DNA of 64,000 nt, taken from positions 95,623,158 through 95,687,157 of the forward strand of contig NC_057718.1 in assembly GCF_004010195.1 (NCBI RefSeq), read 5' to 3'. The notes under the pieces are model-generated. The model worked only from the letters and a program-made list of their open reading frames with translations. It did no database searches and had not been told where the DNA came from. A program made the position numbers and the translations under genes. Below are positions 35,262 through 48,895 of this stretch, in pieces (position 1 is the stretch's first letter; every line of letters starts with the position of its first letter). Origin of the DNA: Chiloscyllium plagiosum. Taxonomy: Eukaryota.

Positions 35262-36490
35262 AGTTCTAGATGTAGGTTTGCTCGCTGAGCTGGGAGGTTC
35301 ATTTCCAGACGATTCGTCACCCTACTAGGTAACAGCTTCAGTGGGCCTCAGGCAAAGCAGTGTACATGATTCCTGCTTTCTATTTATAAGTTTTTGTTTC
35401 TTTGGGTTGGTGATGTCATTTCCTGTGGTGATGTCATTTCCTGTTCTTTTTCTCAGGGTGTGGTAGATGGGGTCTAACTCGATGTGTTTGTTGATAGAGT
35501 TCCGGTTGGAATGCCATCCTTCTAGGAATTCTTGTGTGTCTCTCTGTTTGGCTTGTCCAAAGATGGATGTGTTGTCCCAGTCGAAGTGGTGTCCTTCCTT
35601 GTCTGTATATAAGGATATTAGTGAGAGAGGGTCATGTCGTTTTGTGGCTAGTTGGTATTCATGTATCCTGGTGGTTAGTTTTCTGCCTGTTTATCCAATG
35701 TAGTGTTTGTTACAGTTCTTGCACGGTATTTTGTAAATTGCATTAGTTTTGCTTGCTGTCTGTATAGGGTCTTTCAAGTTCATTCGCTGCAGTTTTAGTG
35801 TGTTGGTGGGTTTGTGGGCTACCATGATGCCAAGGGGTCTGAGTAGTCTGGTAGTCATTTCCGAGATGTCTTTGATGTAGGGGAGAGTGGCTAGGGTTTC
35901 TGGACGTGTTGGGTTTGTTTCTGAGAAATCGGCGGACTGTTCACTGGGTACCTGTTCTTTTTGAATACACGGTATAGGTGATTTTCCCCTGACCTGCGTA
36001 GTTCCTCTGTGCTGCAGTACGTTTGGCTCATTAAAATAATGTCCTGATGCAGCTTCATTTGTGGATGTTGGGATGATTGCTTCTGTAGTTCAGTATTTGG
36101 TCCGTGTGTGCTGTTTTCCTGTAGATGCTGGTTTGAAGTTTCCCATTGGCTGTTCGCTCTATTGTGACATTTAGGAATGGCAGTTTGTTTGTTTTTTCTC
36201 CTCTTTAGTGAATTTTATGCCAGTAAGGGTATTATTGATTGTCTTGAAGGCTTCCTCTAATTTGTTTCATTTAGTGATGACAAAGGTGTCATCCACGTGG
36301 TGGACCCAAAGTTTAGATTGGATGGTTGGCAGAGTTGTTTGTTCGAGTCTTTGCATTACTGCCTCTGCTAAGAACCCTGATATTGGAGATCCCATGGGTG
36401 TTCCATTGGTTTGTCTGTAGGTTTTGTTGTTGAAGGTGAAGTGTGTGGTAAGGCATAGGTCCAGTAGCTTGACGATACTGTCCTTGTTGA
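35262..36490 (-). mobile_element. Penelope-like element (family P3), degenerate RT C-terminus plus GIY-YIG endonuclease and terminus
   Basis: Minus strand encodes GTPMGSPISG, W.H.VDDTFV-like and YKIPCKNC.KHYIG motifs; homologous to 50205-50853. Confidence 0.85.
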
Positions 36491-36517
36491 TCGATCCTTA
36501 CCTAAGTTAATCTGGAG

Positions 36518-36937
36518 GTAAAAACAACTAGGTAAAAATAATGACTGCATATGCTGGAAACCAGATTCTGGATTAGTGGTGCTGGCAAAGCACAGCAATT
36601 CAGGCAGCATCCGAGGAGCAGTAAAATCGACATTTTGGACAAAAGCCCTTCATCAGGAATACAGGCAGAGAGCCTGAAGGGTGGAGAGATAAGTGAGAGG
36701 AGGGTGGGGTTGGGGAGAAAGTAGCATAGAGTACAATAGGTGAGTGGGGGAGGGGATGAAGGTGATAGGTTAGGGGGGACGGTGGAGTGGATAGGTGGAA
36801 AAGAAGTGCGGGTGTCCCGGAGATGTCCCTTAAAGCGCTCTGCTAGGAGGCATCCAGTCTCCCCAATGTAGAGGAGACCACATCGGGAGCGGTCTCCTCT
36901 ACATTGGGGAGACTGGACGCCTCCTAGCAGAGCGCTT
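36518..36937 (-). mobile_element. P1 Penelope fragment with terminal inversion hairpin
   Basis: TSD taagttaatctggag 36503-36517 and 36938-36952; 48-bp inverted arms 36832-36879 / 36891-36938. Confidence 0.85.
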
Positions 36938-37978
36938 TAAGTTAATCTGGAGACTACTCCAAACAGTAATGTAAGTAAGTGGCTGCAGTTGCATCATCGG
37001 TTTCCAGCACTAGACTGCACACAGCAGACCCCAGTGTATACATCAGCTACATGCATGGAGCTCCTCCTAGCAGAGGTAAAAACAATGACTGCAGATGCTG
37101 GAAATCCTGCTGGTGATGTTCAATGCTTGGGAACAAGACAGACTACTATTGTCAGCCTTTATAGAAATGGAAAGTATACAGCAGTGGACCAAAGATTTTC
37201 TTCGTTAATAAGTCAACTAGGATGAACACCTCTCCTCCTTTTGTGATTCTGTCGTCTGCTGCTTTTAGAAGGAGAGGTTTATTATTTTCTGTCAGTACCT
37301 TGACATGCGTTATTGTTTATAGTTTGTGTTCACTTCCTGTAAGTGATCAAATAAAAGCACAGCGTGATACTTTGGAGGGTGAACATTTATTAATTCTTGT
37401 CAACCCTTTTGTTATTTCAGTCAGTCATTTTTTTTTTGGCCGGTTGAAAGCAATTGCTTCTCACATGTTAATAATTAAAATAAATTGCTAAGGCATCTTA
37501 ATAATATTTTAAAAGTCAGTGCTACCAATTTGATCATATTGTTTTATCTATTATCGTACAAGCTTGCAACATTTCTAAACTAAAATGATATTCAAGTTCA
37601 GACTTTGATGATAAAGTGGTTTGGAATTCAAATGGACTGAGAATATCCCAAACAGACTGTCTGTTTTTCCCAACATTTTTACTCATAAAAGTAGCTAGAT
37701 GACAGTTTCCACAGACAAATTGTGTTCCCTCTGAACAGGAATCCCAGGCCTTTAATATCAAAATAAAATAACTGGACACTGGAAATCTGAAATAAAAACA
37801 GGAAGCATTGTAAAGTTTAATCTGTATCTATAAAGTGAAAACACACACAAAGCAACAAGAATCTGTTTTCTTTTTTAAATCTGTTGAGAATTGCTAAAAA
37901 AAGGAAACAATTTGATTTTCATCTTGCATTCATCAGGTCAGTTTGCAAGAATGCCATTACAGTGGGGGGACAATATTT

Positions 37979-38231
37979 TATTCTAGACTAGAGTAGTGCT
38001 GGAAAAGCACAGCAGGTCTGGCAGCATCCGAGGAGCAGGAAAATGGATGTTTCGGGCAAAAGCCCTTCATCAGGAATGAGAAGGAGGCTCCCAGCCTCAT
38101 TCCTGATGAAGGGCTTTTGCCCGAAGTATCAATTTTCCTGCTCCTCGGTTGCTGCCTGACCTGCTGTGTTTTTCTAGCACCACTCTCGTCTAGACTCTGA
38201 TCTCCAGCATCTGCCGTCCTCACTTTTGCGT
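37979..38231. mobile_element. P1 fold-back mini-element
   Basis: Inverted arms; TSD ggacaatattt 37968-37978 and 38232-38242. Confidence 0.85.
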
Positions 38232-38929
38232 GGACAATATTTCATGCTGTATGAGAGAAAGTACTGGTCAAATCAGCAATTCCAGAAAATCATGTGATTT
38301 GAGCTGAATGACTAGACTGTCTATCGGTGAGATAATTGCTGAAGTGTTCACTGAGGTGAGGTTTTACAACCCAGAGAAAGAGAGGCCACAGACCAGAAAC
38401 AGGTTCGGTTCAGGAGATCTATTCTGGCAGACGTGCTGTTTAAAAGCTGAAAAGTGGTCAGTATATAGGAAAAAGTACAGAGATTTTTTTCCTAAGAGTT
38501 CAGTGACAAAGACACTGAGTTAGTCTGTGTCTGTGTGTCTCGGGGTGAGATGGAAATAATCAAAGTGCAAATATTTGTTGAAAGGAAAAGTTTGTGAATT
38601 CCTCAGTTGAAGAAGAAATAAAGAGTGAAGAACAACACTCCCTCTAAGCTGTGCAGCTGCTCAGAGACACTACACTTGCTGATCGACATGACAATGCATT
38701 GCCATTCATGCAATATGGAGATCTGTGCATCTGAGTAAAAAAAATTAGGCGAGCCGGTGAAGATAGGAATGGTATTTCACTGTGGTTGAGTGTCTGTAAA
38801 GGATAGCGCTGGAAAAATTTGTTGCTGTGTATAAAATGTTCCTAATTTGTCTTTTGTAGAAACATATGAGTTTTTTTTGTTTCAATCTTTGTGTTGTAAA
38901 CTGCTGTACTTTCATTAAAGTACAGCCTC

Positions 38930-39520
38930 ATGAGAGTACCCTGAGCAGCTGCATCACTGCCTGGTTCGGGAATTGCACCGTCTCGGATTGTAAAACCCGA
39001 CAACAAATAAGTGAGGACAGCTGAGAAGATCTTCGGGTCTATCTTCCCTCCATTACAGACATTTACATCACACGCTGCATCCGAAAGGCCAACAAGTATT
39101 GTAGAAGACCCCACAAATCCATCATTCAAACTGTTCTCTCTCCTTCCATCTGGCAGAAGATACTAGAGCATTCAGTCTGTCATGACCAGACTGTGCAACA
39201 GTTTCTTCCCCCCGGCCATCAGTCTCCTTAACACAGTGTGATCACACTCTTCAATTCTTTGTATGACTTTTCGAATTGCTACTAAAACAATGGTTTCTTA
39301 ATGATCAGTCATTATTGCACTGTAATTTGTCTTGTCAGGAATTACTGTGCTGTCTTGCGTGTTTTGTACTTTTCCTATGCACTTTATGCTGTCCTGTGTA
39401 TGACTGTACTCTCATGTAATTTGTGTTGTCCATGTAGCACCCTCAGTCCTGGAGGAACGCTGTCCCATTTTTACTGTATCAGTTGTATATTGTAGAAATG
39501 ACAAATAAAGCTACTCTTGT
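38930..39520 (+). mobile_element. Rex1/Babar-clade LINE 3' fragment
   Basis: Frameshifted CITAWFGNC..RTAEKI..LPS..DP..P...LFSLLPSGRR..RLCNSFFP motifs; tail gaaatgacaaataaa. Confidence 0.8.
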
Positions 39521-41212
39521 CTATTGACTCTCGATGTGGATATCTTTAGTGACTGACCATTGTGGAAGCCGATTGGCAAAAATAAGAGTTTTGTTCTGTC
39601 AAGCCAATTTCACTTTCGGATTTGATTTGGATAGTTGGTATCATAACAAGTGTTAATCTTGATGAAGATCATTTTTGACCAAACGGTTCTGAGCAGACAA
39701 TTTCCCCGAAAACAGTAGTTTAGCAGTTTACCATGGGGATAACAATTTGAGTCCAATATTACTCTTCTTCAGAGCTGAAGAGAGGTGGGGCTGTTTTACT
39801 TTGGTTAGCGGAGTGGGGGGTGGGGGCAGGGTGGTCACTGATAAAAGGAAAGGGCAAGGATAGATTAATGGGTGGTTAAACTGCAAAGGCATTATGGCAC
39901 AAAAGAAAAAGGAGAGGCAATGATTAGGTAAGGAAGCAAAGCATTGGTGCAGGGTAAGTGTTGATTGTCAAATAAAGGACCGGTTTGAATGAAAGCAAAA
40001 AAAAAAGATGCTAACAGGGACTTGGCAAAAAATAAGTCAAAATGGAGGTCAGAGTTCACCATCTGAATTTGTTGAATTCAGTGTTGTGTTCTCGCCAAAT
40101 AATTGGAAAATGGGCTGCAGCTGTGGCACCACTTTAAGAACTGAATATGCGAATGGGCCAAGGACCAAGATGATACCACATGACCAGCAGCCATGATGAA
40201 TCTTAGCAGGAGCATGTTAGACTAAGAATGGGTATATATAACTCTGCAATTGTTATAGGCTTTTATTCCCACTTTCACTGGTCCCTCAGTTTTACTTTGG
40301 AAATCAGTAACCCAAGGCACTTCAGACATTGGGATGTACCCATATTCTTTATTAAAGCAAAGTACACTACAAAAGAAACACTGCAAAACTTTTACCCATA
40401 CAATCACAAGTGAATCTGCAAATATGGATGTCTGAGGATCAGACTAACACAGGTAATCAGCCTGCCCTGACCCAACTTCCAGCCACTGATCCAATGACCC
40501 GTCCTGAGCTGGCTATCTGTGCTCTGAGGTGAGCTTTCCTTATACTCTTTCCACAGACAAATTGTGCATCCAAACCTTGACAGTCTCTAGTGAACGATCA
40601 GTTTGACCACAGACAAATATCATGAATGTATTATCTATCATGGTCAGTTTAATCAATTAACTCATTCGGACTTGCTCATGTCTCCTTGGAAAGAAGCATA
40701 ACTCTTGTATTTCACAGCCTTTGATCTCAGGATTGGTTGCTCGTGTTGTGGCTGTCCTTATGTCGTCCAGTCAACCATATGATATTTACATAGCACAGTT
40801 TCATGACAATCTCAAATTGTAAACTGATAAACAGTCTACGTTATCACATCTGATTCACTGTGTCTGATTTAAACAAAACTTCAGCTTTTCCAAAGTTACT
40901 ATGAGAGTCTAGTTCATTACTGCTGAGATAGCACACTGAATCTAAACATGCACACATTCCTTTGAGAAAGCACAGAAACACACTAAAACTAGTGATCTTT
41001 CAAATCATTAGATTGTCAACAGGCTACAAATGTTCTCTTCATCTAACTTCATTTCGGCTAACCCAGCTAATATCAACACTGCAAACTATCAGTTTATTGG
41101 ACCTGTTTGAGATTTTCAAGTCCAATTAACCTACATTTTACCAAACCAATATGAGATAATGGAAACAACTATTATTTGACCTACAACTCAGTGGTTCCTT
41201 AGATCATTTAAT

Positions 41213-41560
41213 CACATAAGAGCTAGGTGCAGGAGTAGGCCATCTGGCCCTTCGAGCCTGCTTCTCCATTCAATAAGATCATGGTTGATCTTTTCATGTC
41301 CTCAGCTCCACTTACCCGCCCTCTCACCGTAACCCTTAATTCTTTCATTGTTCAAAAAAATATCTATCTTAGCTTTAAAAACATTTACTGAAGTAACAGA
41401 AAGTGAGGACTGCAGATGCTGGAGATCAGAGTAGAAGAGTGTGGTGCTGGAAAAGCACAGCAGGTCAGGAAGCATCCAAGGAGCAGGAGAATCGACGATT
41501 CGGGCATAAGCATTTACTGAAGCAGTATCAACTACTTCACTGGGCAAGGAATTCCATAGA
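41213..41560 (-). mobile_element. CR1 3' end with nested P1 fragment (41394-41510)
   Basis: TSD catttactgaag 41382-41393 and 41511-41522. Confidence 0.85.
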
Positions 41561-41849
41561 GGCAGTATTTTGGATTGCGTGGTAGGCAAGCCCTGGGAAG
41601 GATGTCAGAGAACCAAATGGATTTTTACAGCAAGAGATGATATTTTCACAGTCACCATTACTGATACTCTTTAAATTCCACCCGCAGTTTTGGTGAGATT
41701 TGAGTCCTTGTCCTCCATCTATTAGCTTAAATCTGTGGATTACTATTCCAGTGACATTATCACAACAGCACCATCTGCCAATGTTTGGATAATTCCTGAT
41801 CCAAAATGGGTAGTAGTTACCCTGCCCTTTTCTCTTTGCAACAGATAAG

Positions 41850-42120
41850 GTCATAGAGTCATAGAGATGTACAGCATGGAAAGAGACTCTTCAGTCCAAC
41901 TCATCAGTGCCGATCAGAAACTAATCCCATTTGCCAGCATTTGGCCCATATCCCTCTAAGCCCTTCCTATTCATGTACACATCCAGATGCCTTTTAAGTG
42001 CAATTGTACCAGCCTCCACCACTTTCTCTGGTAGCTCATTCTAAACATGCACCACCCTCTGTGTGAAAAAGTTGCCCCTTAGGTCCCTTTTAAATCTTTC
42101 TCCTCTCACCTTAAACCATG
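41850..42120 (-). mobile_element. HER1/CR1 LINE 3' end
   Basis: (catagagt)n tail; GERFKRDLRGNFFTQRVV. Confidence 0.85.
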
Positions 42121-42189
42121 TTCCAATCCAGCCACAAGGGGATAGAATGAAGACTGAGGTAAACATTGATTTTCCTTTTTTGAATGTGG

Positions 42190-42750
42190 AGTCTGTAGAG
42201 TTTGCACATTCTCCCCGTGGCACGGTAGCTCAGTGGTTAGCACTGCTGCCTCACAGCACCAGGGTCCCAGGTTCGATTCTAGCCTTGGTTGTGTATCTGT
42301 GTGGAGTTTGCGTTCTCCCTGTGTCTGCGTGGGTTTTGTCCGGGTGCTCCGGTTTCCTCCCATAGTCCAAAGATGTGCAGGTCAGGTGAATTGGCCATGC
42401 TAAATTGTCCATGTGTTAGGTGCATTAGTCAGAGGGAAGTGGGTTACTCTTTGGAGGGTCAGTGTGGACCTGTTGGGCCGAAGGCCCTGTTTCCACACTG
42501 TAGGGAATCTAATCCCTGTGTCTGTGTGGGTTTGCTCCAGGTGCTCCGGTTTCCTCCCACAATCTAAAGATGTACAGGTTGAGTGAGTTGGCTATTGTGC
42601 TCACAGATGTATAGGTTAGCTCCATTGGTCAGAGGGAAATGTAGAGTAATAGGGGAGGGGAATAGGTCTGGGTGGATTACTCTTTGAAGGGTCAGTGTGG
42701 ACTTGTTGGGCCAGATAGCCCGTTTCCACGCTTTAGAGATTCTTTGTTCT
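42190..42750 (+). mobile_element. HE1 SINE (~42219-42512) nested in another HE1 SINE
   Basis: Outer copy breaks at ttctccccgtg and resumes ccctgtgtctgtgtgggttt. Confidence 0.8.
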
Positions 42751-42869
42751 ATGAATGTGGACAACCACCAGGCTTCAATTTAGTATCCTACTCTGTCATG
42801 TTTGAGATTGTGTTGTGAGGGATCCTGCAGTTCTAGAAAGTTGTTGTACCACATTTTAGCTGTAAACCA

Positions 42870-43480
42870 ATAAGAAACAGGAACAGGAGTAGGCCATTCA
42901 GCTCCTCCAACCTGCCCCACCATTCTATAGGACCATGACTGATCTGACATTCCCCACGTCCACATTTATGTCCATTCCCCATAACCCTTGATTCCTCGAC
43001 TCATCAAGAATCTATCTATCTCAGCCTTAAATATACACAAGGACTCTGCCCCTAAAGCAACTGTGGCGAGGGGTTTCAAAGACTTCCAATTCTCTGAGAG
43101 AAGAAGTTCTTCCTCCTCTCAGTTTTAAATTGGCACCTCTTTATTCGGAGACTATGCCCTCTGGTTATAGCTCTCCCATGAGTGGAAACATCCTCTCAGA
43201 ATTTACCCTGTCAATCCCCTTAAGGACCCTATATGTTTCAATGAGATCACCTCTCATCCTTCCAATTTCCAATAAATTTAAATCTGAATGTTGTTACTGA
43301 AGTAAACTTTTTCACCTTATAACCTTTGCCCATAAGACAATCCCTCCATAGTGAACCTTCTGTGAACTGCCCCCACTGAAAGAATATGCTTTCATAACCA
43401 AGGGGATTAAAACTGCTCACAGTTCTCCAGATGCAGTAAGACTTCCTTACTGTTAAAATCCAACCCCCTTGAAATAACAT
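42870..43480 (-). mobile_element. CR1 LINE 3' fragment
   Basis: aggaacaggagtaggccattcagc tail and degenerate ORF2 C-terminus. Confidence 0.8.
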
Positions 43481-43684
43481 AACAAGTTGAAGTACAATTC
43501 TGTGGCTGGGTAATCATCAATGAAAGTGTTTTTTGTTAGCAAGCATTGTACAGTAACAATGCAATCATGAAATCACATTCCATTTTTAATAAACAATGTA
43601 TATTATAAATTCAATTACATGATGAGCATTTTTTATTCATTTTGAAATTCCTTAACTTACTCTTGAGTCCTCTCATCTCAACGG

Positions 43685-43887
43685 GAATCCGAAAGTGTGG
43701 CGCTGGAAAAGCATAGCAGGTCAGGCACCATCCGAGGAGCAGGAGAGTTGACAGGCAACTTCCTGATGAAGGGCTTACGCCTGAAACATCGACTCTCCTG
43801 CTTCTCGGATGCTGCCTGGCCTGCTGTGTTTTTCCAGCGCCACACTCTTCGACTCTGATCTCCACCATCTGCATACCTCACTTTCAC
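43685..43887. mobile_element. P1 fold-back mini-element
   Basis: Inverted gtgtggcgctggaaaa..gca.agcagg arms; possible TSD ctcatctca/ctcacctca. Confidence 0.8.
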
Positions 43888-44989
43888 CTCACCTCAGCTG
43901 CAAGCCAAGCCCTGTCTTTCAGGCTGACCTAAGAAGGGCATAAGAACTAGAAGCCCCTTGAACCTGCTCCACTACTTGATCATCTCGGCCTCAACTTCAA
44001 GGAGGTGCCGCGTGCTTGCAGAAAGTGTGCACAACTTGGAGTTCATCGACGTGTGATAAATGCCCCAGCTGAAACTCAAAGTGATCCAGTCTATGTGACC
44101 CACCTCAAGGTAGCGTGCAGGCTGTCGTTTTTGGTGGAATTTCAAGGGTGCAGTAAAGTAACACAGCAGATGGCCTGGGATTGAGGGCATTATCTGTGAT
44201 ATGGTAGAGGTATATTCGGGAACGAAGTAGGCAGATGTTAACACTTTGCCAGGGCAGGTGACCATTTATTAGCATGATGTGTGCTACTGTCTGTAAATGA
44301 ACTGCACATTTAGTGAGTGGAATCCTTTCCTGTTGATCTAAATTATGAGATTGATGAAGGGATATCTAAGACTTTGTGGGTGAGCTCAATGATTGCACAT
44401 TGTGAGGAGTCCTGCCCATGTAAGTTAACTATCTACACTTTAAAAATTAATTTTAAATGCTTAACTAGCTGTGAAGTACTTTGGCATATTCTGAAAGGTG
44501 CTACATAACTGTGCAATTTCCTATTTTTCTTTAAAATTGCAGTGCTTTCATGCTGCTGTCAGTTATCCATGAGGAAAGTGATGAACTAACTTGTTTGAGC
44601 CAACAGTACATCTGTGATTTGTTTATGCATCAGTGCCAAGATGATTGAATGTTGTTACTGATGTACCCAGTGCGTTTTCCGGGCTGTGGTGAACTTGACA
44701 GACATTATATTGGGCTGCAGGTCAACTTGCTTCCTTCTGGAACCGCTGTTAGCACCAGGTGGAGGAGAGGTGAATTGACTCCCCTCACTTTGACCTCCTC
44801 ACAACATTATTTTCTAGCACAAGATTGAATCATTTGCAAATAAAAAAATGGTTAATCCATCTCTACTGTCTCAGTAGTGAAACAATTGCAATGTTTTCTT
44901 GAGTGAAAGAATTTGCTATCTGTTGAGCTCAAGAATAGTAATAAAGATGTGACATGAAGCATACATAAGTATAAAATCAAAAGAGACTT

Positions 44990-45193
44990 CAGGAGGTCCC
45001 TGATTTATGAGCGTCCAATTTACAAACGCTTGCACTTACAAATGTTCATTTTAAATTTTAGTAAACCTAATATACGAACATTTGCTGTACTTATGAACAG
45101 TTGCTTTACATTATCCTGCATTGTGTTTTGACTCGTGTAGAAATCGACTTGCAGGTAGAGAACTGAGCCCTTTTGCAACCCAGAAACTGTCTA
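44990..45193. mobile_element. Possible old Tc1/mariner (Tigger-like) MITE
   Basis: Degenerate ends caggaggtccctgatttatga / gcaacccagaaactgtcta; acttac-type internal motifs. Confidence 0.35.
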
Positions 45194-45324
45194 AAATGTA
45201 CAGTACAGAAGGAGGTTGAGAGGAACACGCGGTTTAAAGTTGTGGCCTTGTGCCGTAAGGATTTTAACCTGAGACTAGGTTGTTCAATTGGTGTCTTGAG
45301 TATCAGCACTAGTGAATATTTCAG

Positions 45325-45478
45325 TTATCCTTTTGAGTTCTCTGCATTTTGATGTTTCTTTTTAATCAGTTTAGTCTCTGGGCACTTTTCTTTCATGAGA
45401 GGCTGAGACAGTGCTTTCTCCAGCAGGCTCTGATTGTAGTCAGAAATCCGTCTCCTCATCTCTGTCGAAAGCATTTCC
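45325..45478 (-). CDS. Candidate terminal coding exon (xEMLSTEMRRRISDYNQSLLEKALSQPLMKEKCPETKLIKKKHQNAENSKG*), gene unidentified
   Basis: Acceptor gtttttatttcag|, 50 open codons to TAA, non-repeat, protein-like composition. Confidence 0.55.
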
Positions 45479-46034
45479 CTGAAATAAAAACTTACTTTAT
45501 GTATTCTGTCTGGGGAAAATATGTTTCTTTGGGTTTGCTGAGTGTGGGAGAAAATTCACATAACGTTGTCAGTCAAAATAGGTTTGCTTCACAGCAGACT
45601 TGTCTGTCTAGGTTCAATGTCTTTTCATAAAGTGCTGATTTCACCTCCGATTCCCTTTGTTTATCTCACATTGGTTTCACAGTTTTGCCTCGTTCTGGTC
45701 AAGTGGATGCTGTGGCCTTTTTAAGTCAGTATTTTTCCTTTTCAAAACCATTTCATCCTATGAAAATTCTAAGCATCAAACTAATGTTATTCAGAAATCA
45801 ATAACCCATATTTTCTTACTATTATGACAGTACTGCTACTGGGTCAAATGAAGGTAGAAGTAACATTACAACATATTCTGGAGTAGGTAACAGCAATTGG
45901 ATGATATGCACCTCCTGTATTATCTGACTAGTCCTATACCTTCACCCTAAAAGCAGTGATAAAGATGTATTCCATTGTGCAGAGGCAAAGATGGTAGATG
46001 CACTCTAGAAAACATCTAGGTGAGTGCTGAAGCA

Positions 46035-46305
46035 GTAGAATAGAATGGAATCCCAACAGTGAGAAAGCAGGCCATTCGGCCTATCAAGTCCACAACGACC
46101 CTCCAAACAGCATCCCACCCCAACCTTATTCCCGCAACCCTGAATTTCCCACAGGTAGTCCATTGAGCCTGCACATCCCTAAACACTATGGGGCAATTTA
46201 GCATGGCCAATCCTTCTAACCTGCACACCCTTGGACTGTGAGAGGAAACCAGAGCACCTGGTGGAAACCCACGCAGACATGGGGTGAATGTGCAAACTCC
46301 ACACA
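46035..46305 (-). mobile_element. HE1 SINE, head truncated
   Basis: V-domain and tail reverse complement. Confidence 0.85.
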
Positions 46306-47229
46306 GAGTATTCAGTATTCAGCCCTCTGTCCCCAGCTTCACAGATGGAAAGCAGTTACAAAGTAAGGATTTTACAGAACTTATAAAATGATTTGCTGAG
46401 ACACTTCATAGCCCCTAGTTACACTGGGTACCTGTTTACAGATGTTAAACAGGCCCAGCATAATTAAGACACTAGTGCCACAATATTGTGTTAGTTAGCA
46501 CCTGGGAATAACCACTTCAGTGAGCTACTGGAGGATGGCTGGGGATATGGAAAGGTATGTTGGCATAAGCTTGTAACTTCAGGAAAGCTAAGAAGAAGTT
46601 TGGGAAAAATAATTACATTTGGAATAAAAATCAAAGCGAGGATGTAAGTTCAAAATGTTGGCAATTATTCAATTATGCTAGTGGTCCATTTTGAAGCCTA
46701 TTTAAATGTCTTGTATTTTGGTCCAATCTTGGATACAATTATGACTTTTCTGCTCAGTAATTGCAGTGGTTTCTTTAATCTCAGATATGCATAATCCACT
46801 TTAACTGCAGTTCATTTCCTCTCTAATACAAGGGAATACAACTAAACTATTTTGATTTAATTGAAACAGATGTTTCTAAATAGGATCCTGTCTTCTTATT
46901 TCACTAACCAAACAGGATATGGGGTATTTGACGAACTGGGTTAAAAGTCCAAGTTTATTAAACAACAAGCGCTCATACTGCGCTCCTCATGTGCATCAGA
47001 ACATATTGCATCTAGGAAGACCTGATAGACATTAGGTAGTAGCAGAGTTGGACTAATAATACAAATCATGGTCCTGTAGTATTAGAAGGATGCTAATATT
47101 ATGCATACTTCACCCAGGTGGTCATGGGGATGTGATGAAAAGCTATTTTCATTGGAACTGTGCCACTATACTCCTGGCTGCTTCCCATCTTCCAATCTCT
47201 GTAAACATCCAAAGCTCTACTGCGGATAT

Positions 47230-47660
47230 TCTATCTCACTTCATCCCTATTCTCACTCTAAGCTCACATTGGCTCCCTGTCCAGCAACACTTAGCGAGTT
47301 TAGAATGTTCTTCTTTGTTTTCAGATCCATCCATGCCCTTATCCCACCTTGATTTCTGTAACTATCTCCTGCCCTGAAGCCCTCCAAGATCTGAACTCCT
47401 CCCAGTCAGGCCTCCAGCACCTCTGCTTACTGCTACCCCATTGGTGGCTCGCTGTGCCTTCAGCTGCCTTGGTCCTGAACAAACCTCTCCTTCCTCTTTA
47501 AAATGCCCCCTTAAAAAAAACTCTTTTTGACCAAACTTTGGCTCATCTATCCTTGCATCTCCTTTGTACAGTTCACAGTGTGATAAACCACTCATTTGAG
47601 GACCCACTCTTGTGAAGCATTGGGGGAACAGTTTGCCATGCCAAAGGCAACTGTAGGATT
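47230..47660 (+). mobile_element. L2-clade LINE 3' relic
   Basis: HFIPIL..SHWLPVQQ (L2 H.TP.L..LHWLP motif); tgtgaagcattgggg tail. Confidence 0.55.
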
Positions 47661-48409
47661 GCAGGTCATTGTGGAATGGAGTAACAGGAGTGACCATGAG
47701 ATGTCGGAGCAAATGTTGGTTATTCAGCCCATTCAATCCTCTCTATTATCCAATGAGATCATGGATGATGTCCTAATCCTTAACTCCACCTGGCGTTTAG
47801 GAGGTCACCTGAATTGTAGAATTACTGCGGAACAGAAAGAGACCATTCAGTCCATCATGCCTGCACCAATTCTATCCCCAAGGCTAATCTCATGCCTTTT
47901 CCCTGTGTCCCTACATGCCATTTCTATCCGAATAGGCATCCAATGCCCCCTTAAATGCCATGCTTGCATCCACCTCTATCTCATTTCCAGGCAGTGCATT
48001 CCAGAACTTGGCGAAAGGGAGGACTGCAGACGCTGGAGATCAGAGATGAGAGTGTGGTGCTGGAAAAGGTCAAGCAGCATTCGTGGAGCAGGAAAATCGA
48101 CGTTTCGGGCAAAAGCCCTTCGTTAGGAATGAGCCTTTGAGGCCATTCCACCTTTCATTATGATAATTGTGTCCCTGCTTTACCCTTATATCCTTTGATC
48201 CCTCTAGCCCCAAGTTCTATATCCAACTCCTTCTTGAATCATGCAATGCTTTGGCTTCAGACTGCTGTCACTGGTAGCAAATTCTACGGACTCACCACTC
48301 TCTGGAGTTAAGACATTTAACCAGACAGGTTGACATCAGGAGAGATATCTATCCTTCCCTGACACCTGAGAATTAGAAATTCCTTCTGCGCAAAGGATGA
48401 GGGAGCATC

Positions 48410-48895
48410 TCATTCAAGCTTACATAATACTGAGAGGCCTGGGTAGAGTGGATGTGGAGAAGATGCTACCACTAGTAGAAGAGTTTAGGATGGCACAGCC
48501 TCAGAATGAAGTCACAACCCTTTAGAACTGAGATGAGCAGGAATTTCTTCTGCCAGTCTAATCTCTGGAACTCATTGCCGTAGAGGGCTGTGGAGGCCAA
48601 GTTTAAGATGGCGATGGGGGTAGGTTGTTTATTAATAAAAGGGATCAAGTGTTATGGGGAGAGGGAATGAGAATGGGTTTGATATCAGCCATGATTGAAT
48701 GGTGGGAGACAAAAAAATGGCAGGTGCTGGAATTCAAAGTAGACAAACAGGAGGCTGAAGGAACACAGCAAGCCATGCAGCATCAGGAGGTGGAGAAGTC
48801 GACGTTTCAGGTGTAACCCCTCTTCAGGACTCACGGTCGAATGGTGGAGCAGACTTGGATGGACCGAATGGCCTAATTCTGCTCCTATATCTTAC
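48410..48895 (+). mobile_element. CR1 3' fragment with nested PLE terminal fragment (~48710-48830, minus)
   Basis: ccctttagaactgagatgag..aatttcttc; gtcgacgtttcaggtgtaacccctcttcagga. Confidence 0.65.
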
